This document shows positions 59,919 through 64,000 of a stretch of DNA of 64,000 nt, in pieces. The DNA is from Paraspadella gotoi. Taxonomy: Eukaryota; Animalia; Chaetognatha. A program made the position numbers and the translations under genes. Each line of letters opens with the position of its first letter. Position 1 is the stretch's first letter. The DNA lies in the NCBI GenBank assembly GCA_051294375.1, contig CM119265.1, positions 22,902,099 through 22,966,098 of the forward strand, given 5' to 3'. The notes under the pieces were generated by a model. That model saw only the letters and a program-made list of their open reading frames with translations. It was not told the origin of the DNA and made no database searches.

Positions 59919-61223
59919 TCATCTTTTGATCCAAAAATGATGGACGCCGACGGCGACGAATAAGACGCAAAAAACAGTCACGAGATGAAATTGACCACGT
60001 TGGAGATTCAGACCTCTGTTAGAGAGAGAGAAATATATACATATATATATATATTTTAATGAATCATTTATTAATAAATTTATAAAATTAAACTAATTAA
60101 ATTCAATCAACCGATCTTAAAACCTGAAGAGAACTGAGTTGCCGATCCCGTTTCCTTTCTGTTTATCGTTGCAACGCAATGTGACGCATTCGTGTTTCGT
60201 CACCCAGAAATTGGGGAAACAGCCTCCGCAGTTCGTCATCCTGAAGCATGGAATGCGAAATTTTAACTCGAGGCGTTTAAAATTTGAAGAGAAAAAAAGT
60301 TTGTTTTTGTTTACTACAAACAACGCAAATTTTTGGGGTTTTTTTATAAAACGGAATTATTTCAACTGCTTTTCGAGTCATCATTATCAGCGCAAAGTGA
60401 ATTTGTCAAAAAAGTTTTTTGTAAACAATAACAAACTTTGCTTCTCTCTAAATGTAAAATATATACAATATGAATGAAATAAAAAATTTTCATGTGATAT
60501 TCGGATTTCAAGAGATTGATAAAGAAAAAAAAAAATAACGCATCGACTTCGCCCTTCTACCCCCCAAAAAACTCACAGACATCTGGCTTCGGGAAATCTC
60601 TCGCACGTGGCCCAATTGCAAGGGTTGGCTTTGCACTTGACCCTCTCGTAGTCTTGACATCCACCGCAGGGAAAATACCTTCCCGGTTTCGCCGACCGTT
60701 TCTCGACGCCTTTGACGAAAGAGTTGGGGTCGGATGCTGCGATATCTGGCGTCGCGGATTCCGGCGCTTCCTGAACGCGCGACTTAGAATCTGGCGCCGT
60801 GCGATTGGGCGGAATAGAATCGGACGCCTTGGAATCCGGCGCTATCGACTTCGGCGTCTCAATATCGGTTCTTACGGATTGCGGCGCCGCTCCGTCTGAA
60901 ACGTCATTGCGAGAGGCTACCGTAACGGCGCCGCTTTGATGCTTGGGCGTTTGAAGATCGAATTGCGGACCGCCGCGTCTATCGGTGTCTCCTTTGTTGT
61001 CGCTCGTCCAGTGAGAGGCGTCCAATCGCGCCCCGACTGAGTCGGCGCCTTTTGTCGTCGCTGTGTGAGCGAAAGCGGCGTCAAACGGGTTTTTGAAAAT
61101 CGCGTCACCATGCCGATGTCGATGTCGATGAGGGCGCTGCGATTCGGATTCACCTGCGTCACCTCCGATCCCCATCCAACAAAGGAACAACAAGAAAATT
61201 GAAAAAATTTCCGTCGCCGCCAT
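59919..61223 (-). CDS. Secreted or membrane-anchored protein with a Cys-rich module; exons 60577-61223, 60124-60240, 59919-60015
   Basis: Signal peptide, low-complexity spacer, VEKR site, CKANPCNWATCERFPEARCLMTNCGGCFPNF...C, hydrophobic tail FHLVTVFCVLFVAVGV; splice phases are consistent. Confidence 0.8.
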
Positions 61224-62877
61224 TTTGTAAAATTGTCAATCGGGTAAAACTACCCTGTAGTCATTTCACAGCGTTTAACTATTTTTATAATGTTTTATTT
61301 AAATCATTGCGATTCTAGTTCTCTTTGTCGATGACCAACGATTTGAAAGGAATAAGATCATTTTTCGTTCGTGTTTGGTTAAGAATCCTTCGAGACTTCC
61401 TACTGCGAATTGCTAGCGAGGCAACAATTGGAATATTGCCGATCTTGCGTGTTTCTTGCAGACTCTTCTTTCCTATACCATTGAGGACGAGCAGACGAAG
61501 CGCGATGAATTCGCGTCGAGGAAGCGTCGTTGCACGGATTTTCATTGGCTAGTTTCGGGCTACGAAATGATTCGCGATCGTGATTGGCTGTCCGACGTGG
61601 CCGTTGCTATGGGTAAAAGCGATCCTTTAATTCCTTTAATATAGGAAAAATTGAGATTTTGCCAACTTGTTTATTTTTGGAAGATAAAACGATGATGATG
61701 TCGATGAAAAAGACATGAAAGATTCGTAGAGAGAATTTATTGAAGCAGTTTCTCTGTTTTATTTAGCTTCTATTTATTTAGAAATCGTTCAGCTCTCGAG
61801 TTTGATCAAATTGAAATTATACAAGTTTTTTTTTCATAATATAAGTTTTATTAAAGGAATGCTTGCACCATCGTTAGACAAAGTGGACTGGTTACATTTT
61901 TATCAAAAAGAACATTCCCGTTGGAGGAAATTTGGAAAAAGGAGTAAGATAGAATTTTTATGCCGGAATTTCGCTGTCATTATTATTACATCGTGAATGC
62001 CCCTTTTGCCGACAGTTCAAATTTCTCACGAAAATTATGTCAATAGTTTAAAACAGGAAAAAATGGTCGTTATACTAACAAAAACATTTGATTAATACAA
62101 TAAAGACAAAAACGCTTATGAATGAAGCTCGGTGTTTAGCCTAAGATTTTCAAACAAATTTTAAGAAAATCAAGAAAATTCACAACAGTAATATGAATTA
62201 AAAAAGTATAAATAATAACTTTTTTCAATCCTGAACGTTGTAAAAGTCCCGTCGCGTAATTTTAAACATAGACAATCTAAAAAATAAAATAAATTTCTTT
62301 ATAATTTGGTTATTATGAATTAAATGACTAGAGGCTGATAAGGTGGGTTTACTATATCTTTCTCTTATATCTAAACAGTAAACACTAAAAAAAAATAAAA
62401 CGGTGCACCACTAACTATAAAAGTTGTTTGGGTTTTTTTTAAATTATCGTTAAATATTTATTTTTATCCTTTTGTTCAAGGGCAATTTATAAACTCCTAC
62501 CAAAGAGCAACGCCCTCAAATTTGCTCTATTCGTCAGACTTTAGTCGACTAAATATTATAATATAGGAATAAACTCTTGTTAAACATATGTATTAAATGT
62601 TTAAAAGCATAAGGTCACTATCACATTTGTTTAAACCACAAGTCACTTTAAGAATAAAAAAAAATTAAAAATTGGAAAGACTTTTTTTTTCGCTTAACTT
62701 TCTACGTGTGTTTTTTTTTTCCTCGGTAATTTCCCGTCATGAATATCGTCGGAAAAATTATTGTAGAGGGAACCTTATAATTATCAAAATAGTAAAATTA
62801 GTATATATTTATAGTTTTATGTTTTTATTTTTTTTATTTAAGTGTAACGAAATTTTCGTGAAACAACAATTAAATTC

Positions 62878-62967
62878 TATTTTAGATAAAATTGGACATT
62901 TTGCTGATGCTGATGCTGATGAAGGCTCGAAATCTGAGCCGAAACATGTCCAATTTTATCTAAAATA
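62878..62967 (+). ncRNA. Minimal type I hammerhead-ribozyme-like motif (Penelope type) inside a perfect 22-bp inverted repeat
   Basis: CTGATGA-a-ggctc(gaaatct)gagcc-GAAA-catGTC, with palindromic ACATGT as stem III. Confidence 0.6.
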
Positions 62968-63209
62968 AAATTAAATTGTTGAAAATTACGTTTCACTTAA
63001 ATCTAAAACAAACAACAAAAAGAAAGGCTTAACACAATGTTCTTTTTAAAATTTATCCCTATATTATAATGAAGATAAAATAATTAATAATAAAGAAAAT
63101 ATGAATATTTAATAAAAATCTATTATATTATAATGATCCACTCCAAAATTCTACTTTCCGACGATCGAAAAAGAGCGACAATCCCACTCAGTCGATTCCT
63201 TGTCTCGGA

Positions 63210-64000
63210 TCAACGCAAATCCAACTCGTCCTCATCTTCTTCTTCTTCCGGTTGAGGATCGACGGAAGGCGCCTTCGCCGGAACGACTCCGTTGGCGACC
63301 GGTTCCGGGATGAAGGGGCATCCTCCGGCGTCGTCCTCGTCTTCGTCTTTGGCCGGAGTGACTTCTATCGTCGGACTCTCTCTGGCGGGGAGAGCGTCGA
63401 AAGTGCTCCCCCTCTCCCTGGCGGGGGTAGATCCGGTCGAGGCGAATGAGCTGCCCCTCTCCCGTCCCGGGGTGACATCGAAGGGGCTCTGGGTCTTGGG
63501 GCTGCCGTCCCCGCTGGTCACGAGGGGCGACTCGGGCCGCGAGGGCGACTTGGGGTAGGTTCTGGAAGGGGTGGTGGGACGGGAAGAGGGTCTGGATGGA
63601 GGCCTCGATGGCGGCCGAGACGGCGGCCGGTTGGGCTTGGCCGGCGGCGTCTTCTTGCCCTCGACCGCGACTGGCTTTTCAAAAGATTTTTCTCCGAAGG
63701 GTTTCCCGCCGCCAAACGCGTCGTCGAACCCACCCGCGGCGCCGTTTCCGCCGGCGCCTCTATTTCCCGCGGCTTCCATAGCACCGAACGCGGCGTCAAA
63801 GGCCGCGTCGTCCATGTCCGAAGACTTACGGCCGCTCGAAGCGGCGCCGCCGACCGCGGCGTCGTTGGCGCCGTTTTTCGGCGCCGCCGCTGCCGACCAA
63901 GCGTCGTCGTCGAATCCACCGGCGCCGCCGGTGCCGCCGTCTCCGAAGCCGGCGTCGGAATCGCCGAAGGCTTTTCCGAACTGGTCGTCGGTTGCGAAGA
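63210..64000 (-). CDS. 3' part of a low-complexity Gly/Ala/Asp/Pro-rich protein with repeated Phe-acidic motifs (possible clathrin-adaptor accessory protein); partial
   Basis: The frame stays open to the window edge. Motifs DDQFGKAFGDS, GFDDDAW, AFDAAFG, GFDDAFG and RPPSRPPSRP. Confidence 0.6.
   Translation of the reverse strand, partial: FATDDQFGKAFGDSDAGFGDGGTGGAGGFDDDAWSAAAAPKNGANDAAVGGAASSGRKSSDMDDAAFDAAFGAMEAAGNRGAGGNGAAGGFDDAFGGGKPFGEKSFEKPVAVEGKKTPPAKPNRPPSRPPSRPPSRPSSRPTTPSRTYPKSPSRPESPLVTSGDGSPKTQSPFDVTPGRERGSSFASTGSTPARERGSTFDALPARESPTIEVTPAKDEDEDDAGGCPFIPEPVANGVVPAKAPSVDPQPEEEEDEDELDLR

Overview
Animal (invertebrate-like) nuclear DNA with spliceosomal introns and dense AG/AAAG/GAC microsatellites, from an error-prone gap-filled assembly. 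Much of 1-25.4 kb and 43-51 kb consists of redundant, indel-rich copies of neighbouring sequence around 25-N gaps, including fold-back inversions. The unique part encodes nudE/NDEL1, an AGPAT1/2-type acyltransferase and NDUFA4. It also holds a multi-exon stonustoxin/neoverrucotoxin-like pore-forming protein whose C-terminus is FN3 plus Cys-rich GCC2/GCC3 repeats instead of PRYSPRY. Head-to-head with that gene is a GT31 beta-1,3-galactosyltransferase whose last intron holds a same-strand EamA/DMT transporter gene. Further right are a MITE-interrupted paralog of the transporter, a secreted Cys-domain protein and the 3' end of a low-complexity Phe/acidic-motif protein. Mobile DNA includes a 1.8-kb palindromic CACTA-like element, a Helentron-type HINE, a hAT-like MITE and a Penelope-type hammerhead motif. 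Exon structures were read by eye; family calls come from recalled motifs, not database searches.
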